Below are positions 33,742 through 42,969 of a stretch of 64,000 nucleotides of DNA, piece by piece. Source of the stretch: an uncultured Chloroflexia bacterium (lineage in GTDB: Bacteria > Chloroflexota > Dehalococcoidia > DSTF01 > JALHUB01); contig OY969814.1 of NCBI GenBank assembly GCA_963703345.1, forward strand, positions 96,001 to 160,000, written 5' to 3'. A program made the translations under genes and the position numbers. The stretch's first letter is position 1, and every line of letters starts with the position of its first letter. Under the pieces are notes generated by a model, which was given only the letters and a program-made list of their open reading frames with translations, searched no databases and was not told the DNA's origin.

Positions 33742-34560
33742 ATGACGTCGCAGCAGCCGCCCGGGGGCGAAGCAAGGCGCATAGCCCTCCTCCTGGAGTA
33801 CGACGGCAGCCGCTACGGCGGATCGCAGATTCAAAAGAACGCCCTTACCATCCAGGGCAGCCTGGAGGGGGCAATAGGGAAGCTCACCGGCAAGGCATCC
33901 CGCGTCGCTCTTGCCGGCCGCACCGACGCCGGCGTGCATGCCCGCGGCCAGGTCGCATCGTTCCTGACGCAGCGTCGCTTCGACGACGCGGTGTTTGTGG
34001 GCGGTCTGAACTACTGGCTGCCGGAGGACATCGCCGTTCGCGCGGCGCGCGTTGTGGCGATCAACTACGATGTCCGACGCCGGGCACGAAGTCGCTTGTA
34101 CCGCTATCTGGTCTGTTGCGGTCGAGCGCGCTCACCGCTGTGGCGACAGCGTTCGTGGCACGTAAAGGAGCCGCTGGACCTAGCGCCGATGCTGGCGGCG
34201 GCGGCCTGTCTCGTCGGCAGACACGATTTCGCGGCGTTCGCGGGCAGGATGGAGAATGCGCTGGCCACGAGCGTCCGGACGCTGCGCCGACTGGAGGTGC
34301 GCCGGACGGGGCGCCTGCTTGTTTTCGAGGCGGAGGCCAACGCCTTCCTGCCGCACCAGGTCCGACGGATGGTTGGCGCGCTGGTGGAAGTGGGGTCGGG
34401 CCGGCAGACGCCACAGGAGGTCGAACGGCTGCTGCGAGAGGCGAAAGTGGCGACGGCCGGGCCCGCGGCGCCGCCGCAGGGGCTCTGCCTTGTGCGGGTG
34501 ACCTACGCCGATCTGGATTTTGACGAAGAGACGGATATCGATGAAGACTTACAGCGCTAA
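33742..34560 (+). CDS. truA: tRNA pseudouridine(38-40) synthase
   Basis: [36 protein letters not shown]. Confidence 0.96.
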   Translation: MTSQQPPGGEARRIALLLEYDGSRYGGSQIQKNALTIQGSLEGAIGKLTGKASRVALAGRTDAGVHARGQVASFLTQRRFDDAVFVGGLNYWLPEDIAVRAARVVAINYDVRRRARSRLYRYLVCCGRARSPLWRQRSWHVKEPLDLAPMLAAAACLVGRHDFAAFAGRMENALATSVRTLRRLEVRRTGRLLVFEAEANAFLPHQVRRMVGALVEVGSGRQTPQEVERLLREAKVATAGPAAPPQGLCLVRVTYADLDFDEETDIDEDLQR

Positions 34561-35203
34561 GGCAAAGGAGATCGTTCCGCAGTGGCACGTCGTTGACGCC
34601 GCCGAGCAGCCGCTTGGCCGGCTGGCAGCGCGCGTCGCCTCGCTTCTGCGCGGCAAGCACCGGCCCGAGTTCACGCCGCATCTGGACATGCGCGACTTTG
34701 TGGTCGTCGTGAACGCGGAGAAAGTGCGGGTAAGCGGCAACAACAAGATGCGTCAGAAGCTCTACCGCCACCACACCCAGTACCCGGGCGGGCTGAAAGA
34801 GATTACCCTCGAGAAGATGATGGCGGCGCATCCGACGCGGGTCATCGAACACGCGGTTCGCGGGATGCTGCCGCACAACCGGCTGGGCGCGAAGCTGCGG
34901 CGTCATCTGAAAGTGTACGTGGGACCGGAGCATCCGCATGCCGCGCAGACGGGCGGCGCGCCGAAGAGGCCGAGGGAGACCGCAGTTCCTGCTGCGTCTG
35001 CAGCAAAGGCGAAGCCGGCGCTCGTCGCGGAGGCGGCCGTCAAAGAGCCGGCAGTGGCCATCGCCGAGGAACCGACGGAGGTGGCTGAGGCGGAAGAGAC
35101 GACGGAGGCGCCGGTCGCAGAGGAATCAGAAGAAGGCGCGCTGGAGGCCGAGAGCCAGGCGCAGAGCGTCGCTAGCGCCACGCAGGAGGAAAGTTCGAGT
35201 TGA
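34541..35203 (+). CDS. rplM: 50S ribosomal protein L13 with long acidic tail
   Basis: WHVVDA, LGRLA, RGKHRP, GMLPHN, HPHAAQ. Confidence 0.96.
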   Translation: MKTYSAKAKEIVPQWHVVDAAEQPLGRLAARVASLLRGKHRPEFTPHLDMRDFVVVVNAEKVRVSGNNKMRQKLYRHHTQYPGGLKEITLEKMMAAHPTRVIEHAVRGMLPHNRLGAKLRRHLKVYVGPEHPHAAQTGGAPKRPRETAVPAASAAKAKPALVAEAAVKEPAVAIAEEPTEVAEAEETTEAPVAEESEEGALEAESQAQSVASATQEESSS

Positions 35204-35592
35204 ACCAGCACTACTTCGCAGGGACCGGTCGCAGGAAGACAGCCGTCGCGCGCGTGCGCCTGTATCCGGGCGGGGGCGCCATTGTAATAAACGGCAAGCC
35301 GATGGAGGAGATCTTCAACCGGCCTGCTCACCGGAGCCTCGTCCTCAAGCCGTTCCAGGTGAGCGCGCAGTCCGACAAGTTCAACGCGCAGATAAGAGTG
35401 GAGGGCGGCGGCATCAGCGCCTGGGCCGGAGCGGTGGCCCACGGGATGGCGCGCGCCCTTGTCGCGATGGACGTTGGGCTGAAGAAGCCCCTGCGGGAGC
35501 ACGGCCTGCTCACTCGCGACGCCCGCGTAAAAGAGCGAAAGAAGTACGGCCTGAAGCGGGCCCGCAAGGCGCCTCAGTACACCAAGCGCTAA
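35200..35592 (+). CDS. rpsI: 30S ribosomal protein S9
   Basis: [30 protein letters not shown]. Confidence 0.97.
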   Translation: MNQHYFAGTGRRKTAVARVRLYPGGGAIVINGKPMEEIFNRPAHRSLVLKPFQVSAQSDKFNAQIRVEGGGISAWAGAVAHGMARALVAMDVGLKKPLREHGLLTRDARVKERKKYGLKRARKAPQYTKR

Positions 35593-35613
35593 CCGACGAC
35601 CTAATAACAATGT

Positions 35614-35646
35614 GAGGGCGGGCACAGATGCCCGCCCTCGTTTTCT
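35614..35646 (+). terminator. intrinsic terminator after rpsI
   Basis: GAGGGCGGGCA-CAGA-TGCCCGCCCTC, 11-bp stem followed by GTTTTCT. Confidence 0.85.
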
Positions 35647-35697
35647 CCCTGACCGAGCCGGATCGGCTCGCTACCTGGCAGGCGCGCGGGTTAGCCT

Positions 35698-36762
35698 CTA
35701 GCTCGCGTCCGCCAGCCAGCGTTTGAGGTGCTGGATTGCGGTCACGGGCGACGGACGCACGCCGTTCAGCATCGCCAGGTAGTAGCTTACCCAGTCACCG
35801 AAGTGGACGGCGGTCAGCACCTGCGCTAGATCGCCGTCGCCGCGCGCCTCGATACGCTCGCTTGTCACGCCGGCCGCCTCCAGGGCATCGTGCGTGGCGT
35901 TGTAGCGCAGGATGTTGCGCGGGTTCAGCTTCGGATGGTACAGGAACATCACATGCGCCCGCTCCGCGATCTCCCGCGGCAGCCGAAACCCCTCGACGGC
36001 GTTGTGATTTAGCTCCGAGACCTCCTCGTAGAAGGCCCAGACTTTGCTGTTCTCGTTCAGCTGCGTCTTCCAGCGATGCGCCGCTTCCGTCAGCGCCTCG
36101 GCGCCAAAGATGACCGGCAGCTTTCCGTGGAGGCGTGTCGCCAACTGCTTGGCGGCGTTCTCGTCCAGCCGCACAGTGTCGTCGATCTCCTGGCGCAGCT
36201 CTTCCATCAATGTTATCGCTTCGTCGACATCGCGCGACTGGTCGGGCAGCACGCCCGCGGACGCCGCGAGCGCCAGCAGCGGCATAAGGCTGTGGCCCAG
36301 CGCCGAGCGCGGTTCCCCCGCGTACTGGAAGACGTACGACGGCACTCCCTGCGATTGAGCCATTGTCAGCAGGCGGCCGCCAGTGGTGACGACTAGTTTT
36401 TTCGTCGGACCAGCGAGCGCCTGCCCGAACGACGACAGCACCTCCTCCGTCTCGCCGCTGTAGCTGCAGGCGACGACAAGCGTCCGCTCGCCGGCCGACG
36501 GCGGAAGATCGTAGCCGCGGTGTACGGAGACAGCCTTCTTGCTGTGCCGCAGGGCCAGCGACCGCACGATGTCGCCGGCAATCGCGGAGCCGCCCAGCCC
36601 GAGCACCATGAGGCCGTCGACCTCGGCGAAGTCAGGAGGGAAAGGGAAGCTCTTTGCCTGCAGCCACGCCCCGCGGCACTGCTCCGGGAAGCCCAGGATG
36701 CGGTCGCGAAGGCCGTCCGGGTCCAGCCGCTCGAAGGTCAGCGGGTCATCAAGTGAGTGCAC
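35698..36762 (-). CDS. bifunctional phosphoglucose/phosphomannose isomerase (SIS family)
   Basis: GLGGSAIAG, SYSGETEE, RWKTQLNENSK, ELNHN; GTG at 36762 after AGGAGG. Confidence 0.9.
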   Translation of the reverse strand: MHSLDDPLTFERLDPDGLRDRILGFPEQCRGAWLQAKSFPFPPDFAEVDGLMVLGLGGSAIAGDIVRSLALRHSKKAVSVHRGYDLPPSAGERTLVVACSYSGETEEVLSSFGQALAGPTKKLVVTTGGRLLTMAQSQGVPSYVFQYAGEPRSALGHSLMPLLALAASAGVLPDQSRDVDEAITLMEELRQEIDDTVRLDENAAKQLATRLHGKLPVIFGAEALTEAAHRWKTQLNENSKVWAFYEEVSELNHNAVEGFRLPREIAERAHVMFLYHPKLNPRNILRYNATHDALEAAGVTSERIEARGDGDLAQVLTAVHFGDWVSYYLAMLNGVRPSPVTAIQHLKRWLADAS

Positions 36763-38209
36763 CCTGCCCGCCCTCCTGCTGCGGCAGACCGGCAAGCTGA
36801 CGGCCCGCCTTAAGCAAGCTCGGCACCAGGGCCTTATCTGGGACCTCCGTGTAGATGCGAAGGAGCGGTTCCGTGCCGGAGAAGCGCAGCAGCAACCAGC
36901 CGCCGTTCTCCAGGTTAAAGCGGAAGCCGTCCGTGTCGTCCCGTCCCGTGACTTTGACGCCGGCGACCGACGCGGGGCGCGCCGCCGCCACTCGCCTTTG
37001 CACCGACTCCTTGTCCGCCGCCGGCATCCTGATGTCGACGCGGTCGTAGTGGTGCGGCCCAACGCGCCGGTAGAGGTCTGCCAGCAGCTCCGAGGGGCGC
37101 TTCCCAGTGCGCACCATGAAGTCGAGCATTGCCAGCGCCGCCAGGACGCCGTCGCGCTCCGGCAGGTGGCCGCGGAAGGCGTAGCCGCCGCTCTCTTCGC
37201 CGCCGATCAGCCCTTTCGTCTCGATCATCTTGGGCCCCAGGTACTTGAAGCCGACGGCGGTCTCGTAGACGGGGACGTCGTAAAGCTCGCCTAGCCTAAT
37301 CACCATGCGCGTCGTGGTGAGAGACTTGATGATCGGCCCGCGCTCGCCGCGCGCTTCGAGCAGATAGTACGTGAGCAGGCCGAAGACTTGAAGCTGGTCG
37401 ACGTAGACGCCGTTTTCGTCCACCAGCCCGAAGCGGTCGGCATCGCCGTCGACGGCCAGGCCAACGTCGGCCTTCTCGCGGCGCACGAGCTCCATGAGGC
37501 CGGTGAGATTGCGTCCGATAGGCTCCGGCGCGCCGATTCCCGGGAACAGGGGGTTCCGCTCGCCGTGCAGCTCGATAACCCGCAGGCGGCCGCCGGCGAG
37601 GAGCTCCGGCAGATAACCCTGGCCGCTGCCATACATGGCGTCGACGCAGACCGTGAAGTTCGCGGCGCGGAGTGGCTCCAGATCGACGAGCTTCTTGAGC
37701 TGAGCGATGTATGCCGGCCGCGGGTCGAAGAGCTCCACGAGCTCCTTCCGTTGCGCCTCGGCCAGAGGCATCCGCTGAATGGCGCCGGACGCCTGTATCT
37801 CCTCCAGCGGCGCCTCCAATCGCGCCACCACCTCGGGCGAGGCGCTGCCGGCGTATTCGGGCTTGTACTTGAAGCCGTTGTAGCGCCAGGGATTGTGACT
37901 GGAGGTAATCATTGCGGCGCCGCCGGCTTGCTTGTCCAGGATCGCCCAACTGACGGTCGGCGTCGGCGTCGCGCGGTCGCAGAGATAGGCCTTTATGCCG
38001 TTGCCGGCGATCACTTCGGCGACCGCGGCGGCGAAGTCTTCGGAAGCGAAGCGTGTGTCATAGCCAACGATAAGGCCCCGCGATGCCATGCCGCTCTCTT
38101 TGAGGAAACGCGCGACGCTCTGGGCGCAGACACGGACGTTGGCGAAGGTGAAGTCGTCGCCGATGATCGCCCGCCAGCCGTCGGTTCCGAACTTGATCTC
38201 GCTAGCCAT
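36749..38209 (-). CDS. phosphoglucomutase/phosphomannomutase family protein
   Basis: FGTDGWR, ITSSHNP, DGDADR, GGEESGG, RFSGTEP. Confidence 0.95.
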   Translation of the reverse strand: MASEIKFGTDGWRAIIGDDFTFANVRVCAQSVARFLKESGMASRGLIVGYDTRFASEDFAAAVAEVIAGNGIKAYLCDRATPTPTVSWAILDKQAGGAAMITSSHNPWRYNGFKYKPEYAGSASPEVVARLEAPLEEIQASGAIQRMPLAEAQRKELVELFDPRPAYIAQLKKLVDLEPLRAANFTVCVDAMYGSGQGYLPELLAGGRLRVIELHGERNPLFPGIGAPEPIGRNLTGLMELVRREKADVGLAVDGDADRFGLVDENGVYVDQLQVFGLLTYYLLEARGERGPIIKSLTTTRMVIRLGELYDVPVYETAVGFKYLGPKMIETKGLIGGEESGGYAFRGHLPERDGVLAALAMLDFMVRTGKRPSELLADLYRRVGPHHYDRVDIRMPAADKESVQRRVAAARPASVAGVKVTGRDDTDGFRFNLENGGWLLLRFSGTEPLLRIYTEVPDKALVPSLLKAGRQLAGLPQQEGGQGALT

Positions 38210-38906
38210 TCTGGTCCGTGTCCTTCCCAGCAAGATGGGACGCGGCCTTGTTCACGTCCTTCACGGTATCGATTGGTTTCCAGTAGGCGTTGCTCTTGAA
38301 GCCGGATAGCTTCCCCTGCGAAGCGAGCTCTGGGAAGACCGTCGTCTCGTGATCGCCGATCTCCGGCAGCATGGCGAAGAAGTCGCGCTCCAGGGCGTAG
38401 ACGCCGGCGTTCACCCAGTAGGGCAGCAGCGGCTTTTCGTCGAAGCCGACGATTCGGCTCCCTCGGGTGAGCCTGACCACGCCGAAGGGGCTGCGCAGCG
38501 GCGCGACCATTACAGTCGCAGTGGCACCGGTCTGGCGATGACGGCGCAGGAACGGTGGCAACGGCTGCTCGACGATGTTGTCGCCGTTCGTGCCGATGAC
38601 CGTCTTCTCGGAAGCGGGGACCTGCTGAAAGCCGCGCCGGAAGGCGCCGCCGCGGCCCAGGGGCGTGTCCTCGATAGAGTAGAGGATGCGAACCCCCAAA
38701 GCGCTTCCGTCGCCAAAGTGCCGCTGGATGGCCTCGTGCTTATAGCCGCAGAGAAGCACGACGTCCGTGACGCCGTTGCGGACCAGCCACTCCAGGTGAT
38801 GCTGGAGGATGGGCTTGTCGTTGAGGAGGATCATGGGCTTCGGACGGTCTGCAGTTAGGGGGCGAAGTCGCTCGCCTTGGCCTCCGGCCAGCACCAGCGC
38901 AAACAT
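38202..38906 (-). CDS. sugar-1-phosphate nucleotidyltransferase (mannose-1-phosphate guanylyltransferase-like)
   Basis: LAGGQGERLRPLT, PKPM, NGD, FDEKP. Confidence 0.88.
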   Translation of the reverse strand: MFALVLAGGQGERLRPLTADRPKPMILLNDKPILQHHLEWLVRNGVTDVVLLCGYKHEAIQRHFGDGSALGVRILYSIEDTPLGRGGAFRRGFQQVPASEKTVIGTNGDNIVEQPLPPFLRRHRQTGATATVMVAPLRSPFGVVRLTRGSRIVGFDEKPLLPYWVNAGVYALERDFFAMLPEIGDHETTVFPELASQGKLSGFKSNAYWKPIDTVKDVNKAASHLAGKDTDQNG

Positions 38907-39013
38907 CTCGGTGCCTGCTCCTTCAGGCTATAGTCTCATATTGTGACGCTGATATCCAGAGGAACGACGACCCGTTCGGCGGACGATGCTGTTGCCGTCA
39001 ACGAGCACTTCGA

Positions 39014-39598
39014 CTAGCGGAGCCGAAGGCGTTCTGAGACGGACCAGGCCGCCGGAAGGGTGAACGCGGCCGCAGCAATCTTGGCGAGGTCGCCTGGGAT
39101 GAAAGGCAGCAGCCCCGCTTGGACGACGGCGCGCGGCCCGACGAAGAAAGCCAGCCAGGGCAGCCCGACGGCGTAGATCAGAGCGTCGCCAAGGAGTAGC
39201 GGGACTACTATCATCTTACCGCGGTCCCAGCCACGCTCGGAGAACCAGCCGACGAGGAACGTCGCGGCTGCGAAGCCGAAGACGTAGCCGCCGGTCGGCC
39301 CGCTGACAATCGCCCAGCCGCCGCTGCCGCCATTAAAGACGGGCAGTCCGCAGGCGCCTGCCAGCCAGTAGCAGGCAACCGTCGTGAAGCCGGCGCGACT
39401 CCCCAACAGCGCGCCCGTGAGGAGCACGGCGAAGGTCTGGCCGGTCACGGGCACAGGCGTGAAGGGAAGCGGGAAGCGAAGCCGGGCGGAGAGCGAGAGC
39501 AGCGCCACGCCGGCGACGACGAGCAGCGCCTGAGACGCCACCGTCCGCCGACGAACGAGGACAAAGGCGAGAGTGGGCTCGCGGACGCCAGCCTGCAT
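39014..39598 (-). CDS. bioY: biotin transporter BioY (ECF S component)
   Basis: PVPVTGQT, GLPVF, GPTGGY, PFIPGDLAK. Confidence 0.93.
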   Translation of the reverse strand: MQAGVREPTLAFVLVRRRTVASQALLVVAGVALLSLSARLRFPLPFTPVPVTGQTFAVLLTGALLGSRAGFTTVACYWLAGACGLPVFNGGSGGWAIVSGPTGGYVFGFAAATFLVGWFSERGWDRGKMIVVPLLLGDALIYAVGLPWLAFFVGPRAVVQAGLLPFIPGDLAKIAAAAFTLPAAWSVSERLRLR

Positions 39599-39672
39599 GA
39601 GTGGTCCTGCCTAGAGGTTTCGAGGAAACGGGCCGCGCGTCCCGTGCGCGACAAGACGACGGCGCGAGGCCG

Positions 39673-40380
39673 TTAGTAACCCAGGTAGGCGCGGCGGACC
39701 GCTTCGTCCTTTCGCAGGTTCTCGCCGGTGTCTTCCAGGGCGACTCTGCCGATTTCGAGGACGTATCCGTAGCGGGCGATGCGCAGCGCAAGGCCGGCGT
39801 TCTGCTCGACGAGGAGGATCGTGATGCCCTCATTCTCGTTGAGCGCCTTGATGATGCCGAAGATGTGCTGCACGATCAGAGGCGCCAGGCCGAGGGATGG
39901 CTCGTCGAGAAGCAGGATGCGTGGGCGGGCCATCAGGGCTCGCCCAATCGCCACCATCTGCTGCTCGCCGCCGCTGAGCGTTCCGGCGGGCTGCCCATGG
40001 CGCTCCTTGAGGACAGGGAAGTAGCTGAAGACGCGATCGATGTCCCGGCGCACGGCGCGCCCGTCCCGGCGGATGTAGGCACCGAGGCGGAGGTTCTCCA
40101 TGACTGTGAGCTCAGGGAAGATCTGCCGGCCTTCCGGCACCTGCGAGATGCCGATTTGCACGATCTTCTCCGGCGACATTTTCTCGATGCGGCGTCCCAA
40201 GAACTCGATCTGGCCCTTCACGGGATGGACCAGGCCGGAAACCGTCCGCAGAGTGGTGCTCTTGCCGGCGCCGTTTCCTCCCAGGATGGTGATGATGGCG
40301 CCTTCCGGCACCTCAAGGGAGACGCCGCGCAGGGCCATGATGGGTCCGTAGGCGGTGTAGAGATCGCGAATTACAAGCAC
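39673..40380 (-). CDS. livF: LivF-like ABC ATPase
   Basis: GGNGAGKST, VPEGRQIF, LSGGEQQM, DEPSLGLAP, AYLG; GTG overlaps livG stop. Confidence 0.9.
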   Translation of the reverse strand: MLVIRDLYTAYGPIMALRGVSLEVPEGAIITILGGNGAGKSTTLRTVSGLVHPVKGQIEFLGRRIEKMSPEKIVQIGISQVPEGRQIFPELTVMENLRLGAYIRRDGRAVRRDIDRVFSYFPVLKERHGQPAGTLSGGEQQMVAIGRALMARPRILLLDEPSLGLAPLIVQHIFGIIKALNENEGITILLVEQNAGLALRIARYGYVLEIGRVALEDTGENLRKDEAVRRAYLGY

Positions 40381-41144
40381 TATTGCTCCGTCCCCAGATA
40401 AGCTCGAATTACGGACGAGTCCTTTTGTACCTCCGCCGGCGTCGCCTCGGCTATCTTCTTGCCGAAGTCCAGGACGCAAACCCTGTCGGAAACATCCATC
40501 ACCAGTGCCATGTGGTGCTCGACCAGCAGGATAGTGACACCAAGGTCGCTGCGAATGGAGCGGATGAGCCTGCCCAACGCCTGCATCTCCTCGTGGCTGA
40601 GTCCGCTGGCCGGCTCGTCCAGGAGAACGAAGCGCGGTCGCGATACGAGGGCGCGAGCTAGCTCGACCCTCTTCTGAACGGCGAAGGGAAGGCCGGCGAC
40701 GGGAACGTCGCGCAGCCCTTCGAAGCCAAGCACCTTCAGCACGTCCTCGGCCCGCTTGAAGGCGAACTTCTCTTCCCGCATCACCTGAGGCAGACGAAAC
40801 AGGCAGTCGATGAGGTTGCTCTTCATCAGGACGTGCTGGCCGACGAGCAGGTTCTCCAGCACTGTCATACTTGGGAAGAGAGCGAGGTTCTGAAAGGTGC
40901 GCGAAATGCCGGTGCGGATGACCTTGTAGGCCGGCATCTTAAGCAGTTCCTGCCCCTCGAAGCGGACCGAGCCCTTGTCGGCGTCGTACACTCGAGTGAT
41001 GCAGTTGAAAAGGGTAGTCTTGCCGGCGCCGTTCGGGCCGATGAGCCCCATGATCTCCCCTTCTTCCACATGGAAGGAGACGCCATCGAGCGCTACCACT
41101 CCGCCGAAGTGAATTGACAGGTCGTTGATTTCCAGCTGAGCCAT
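40380..41144 (-). CDS. livG: LivG-like ABC ATPase
   Basis: GPNGAGKTT, RTFQN, DEPASG, VEHHM, VIRAYLG. Confidence 0.9.
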   Translation of the reverse strand: MAQLEINDLSIHFGGVVALDGVSFHVEEGEIMGLIGPNGAGKTTLFNCITRVYDADKGSVRFEGQELLKMPAYKVIRTGISRTFQNLALFPSMTVLENLLVGQHVLMKSNLIDCLFRLPQVMREEKFAFKRAEDVLKVLGFEGLRDVPVAGLPFAVQKRVELARALVSRPRFVLLDEPASGLSHEEMQALGRLIRSIRSDLGVTILLVEHHMALVMDVSDRVCVLDFGKKIAEATPAEVQKDSSVIRAYLGTEQ

Positions 41145-41247
41145 AGGACTAACCCAATTGTAGAACCGAACGCCCTAAGAGTATAGAGCCTCCCGCCCGT
41201 TACATAAAGCAGCGAGGCACAATGCCCCGCGTCCTATCGGCGCTTCG

Positions 41248-41323
41248 TGGCGCGCCTGGAGGGATTCGAACCCCCGACCCTCGGTTCCGAAGACCGATGC
41301 TCTTTCCGCTGAGCTACAGGCGC
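41248..41323 (-). tRNA. tRNA-Arg (anticodon UCG)
   Basis: GCGCCTG/CAGGCGC acceptor stem, TCGGT-CTTCGGA-ACCGA anticodon arm, GTTCGAATC T-loop, encoded CCA. Confidence 0.95.
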
Positions 41324-41435
41324 GAGCCCCATCCCTGACCGGCTCCGACAGTCTACCACAGCAAATCATCGTCAACAACTCATGGAACCAGGGGCACGAG
41401 CCGTTGCGAAAGTCCCCCTCGATTCGCTGCCCAGT

Positions 41436-42395
41436 CTAGGGAGTTGGCATTGCCGATGGCTGAGGGGTGGCCTGAGGCGTCGGGCTGTTGCCGATCTGAA
41501 GCTGGATCACCGCCTGAGCGTACGTCGGGTCCGACGCGAACGTCTGAGTTGTCACCGTACCCGTCCACGGTATGGAGGTCAGCTTGTTCTCGAACGACAG
41601 AGACGACACCCCGCCTTGCGCCGGGTTCTCCGTAACGCTGAAGCCGGCGTTCGCCAACTGCGTCCGGTAGTAGTCGATTATGTCCTTCGGCGTCGTAACC
41701 GCGAGGAGAGACACTTGCCACTGCTGACTGCTGCCGGAACGCGACCAAGCTGTGTCCGCGACGTTGGCGTTTGGATAGATGGGCAATTGCGAGGGCCAGC
41801 CGCGCGGCAAAGGCTTGCTCGGGCCCAGCTTGAACGCCTCGGTTGTCGCGTTATCGGTCGAAGCCGTTTGTACGGAGGTATAGATTATTGAGCCATTGCC
41901 GTCATCGCCGCTTGGCTGAATGAGGACGGTGCCGGCCATGTTGGGATCGTTGGTATTCGCGTACTGGATCGCCGCTATCTTCCCGGGGGCGGTAGACGCC
42001 AGTATCCGCCAGGGTTGCGTATCGAATGCCTGCTCATAGTAAGCGTAGACATCGCCGACGGCGTCGCCCGTCTCGCGCAAGACGGCGTCATCCTTCAAGC
42101 CGCCCTCGGCAGTGGTTACGACCGAGCCGAGGAGCTTCGTCCCCGGGTACTCCGGAACACCGGCCGGGAGGTCATCGGGAACTTTGCCGAGCATGACTTG
42201 GCTCTTAGTGCCCGGACTCTGGCTGGCTTCGAGAAACTTCTGAATGATCGACTCCGCCTTGCTGTCGGAGCTGCTGCCGCCGCCGCAGCCAGAGGCAACG
42301 AAAGCCGCGGCGAGGGAGATGGCCAGGAGCGCAGTCAGCAGCAAAGGGAGATGGCGGCGCCTTAGCGGATGATCACGCTTGATTATGATTGGCAC
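41436..42395 (-). CDS. hypothetical lipoprotein with two internally repeated domains
   Basis: Basic N-terminus, hydrophobic stretch, ASGC lipobox, Gly/Ser linker; the ORF-track start lies inside tRNA-His, so GTG 42395 is preferred. Confidence 0.75.
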   Translation of the reverse strand: MPIIIKRDHPLRRRHLPLLLTALLAISLAAAFVASGCGGGSSSDSKAESIIQKFLEASQSPGTKSQVMLGKVPDDLPAGVPEYPGTKLLGSVVTTAEGGLKDDAVLRETGDAVGDVYAYYEQAFDTQPWRILASTAPGKIAAIQYANTNDPNMAGTVLIQPSGDDGNGSIIYTSVQTASTDNATTEAFKLGPSKPLPRGWPSQLPIYPNANVADTAWSRSGSSQQWQVSLLAVTTPKDIIDYYRTQLANAGFSVTENPAQGGVSSLSFENKLTSIPWTGTVTTQTFASDPTYAQAVIQLQIGNSPTPQATPQPSAMPTP

Positions 42396-42431
42396 TTCAG
42401 GCTCCTGACAGGCCGCGCGGCCCGAATAGAC

Positions 42432-42508
42432 TGGGGTGGACGGAGGGATTCGAACCCTCGATCTCCAGGGCCACAACCTGGCGCCTTAACCGCTCGGCTA
42501 CGCCCACC
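42432..42508 (-). tRNA. tRNA-His (GUG)
   Basis: G-1 plus GTGGGCG/CGTCCAC acceptor stem, CCAGG-TTGTGGC-CCTGG anticodon arm, C73 and CCA. Confidence 0.96.
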
Positions 42509-42611
42509 ACAGAAGTCACTTCTCTCGATTGCTGGGCGTCCCTTCCAGAAGCTCCGCCCCCATGCACTGCCCAGTGAGAGCAAAACGGCAGACCTCTGCC
42601 GCTAATCCGGC

Positions 42612-42640
42612 AGTTTACCACGCCTCGAAGGGGGGATCAA
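42612..42640 (-). promoter_or_regulatory. putative promoter of tRNA-His
   Basis: TTGATC-N17-TAAACT with TG extended -10. Confidence 0.65.
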
Positions 42641-42969
42641 CCACGATACGGCGCGGTCGGCGGCCAAGGGTGCCGCGCTTGCCTCTTTCGGGCGGAAAAA
42701 CGGCGGCGGCAGGCGTTCGGAAGAAAATCGAAATTGGCCTTCAGGTTCCGCACGTTTTACCGATTGTTAACTTGGCAGCTATAGGCGGACAACATCTGAC
42801 AGAGATAATACGAGCGTACCTCCTACCCAATATTTGAAAGCCGTCTGTGGTTTGAGGGTACCAGAGGCGGTCTGGATTGGTGGAAGGCGGCCAGGCTCCC
42901 CCGGCCGTCTTCTGCTATTCTTGAGGCTCGATGGGAAGTCCCTGATCGGTCGGCCGTTCCGAACTCCTC

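Noticed and set aside
31482-33782. 766-aa antisense ORF over rpsD-rpoA-rplQ and similar long antisense ORFs (9045-10613, 15663-17000, 11088-12368)
   Set aside because: Typical high-GC shadow ORFs opposite conserved genes, with no recognisable motifs
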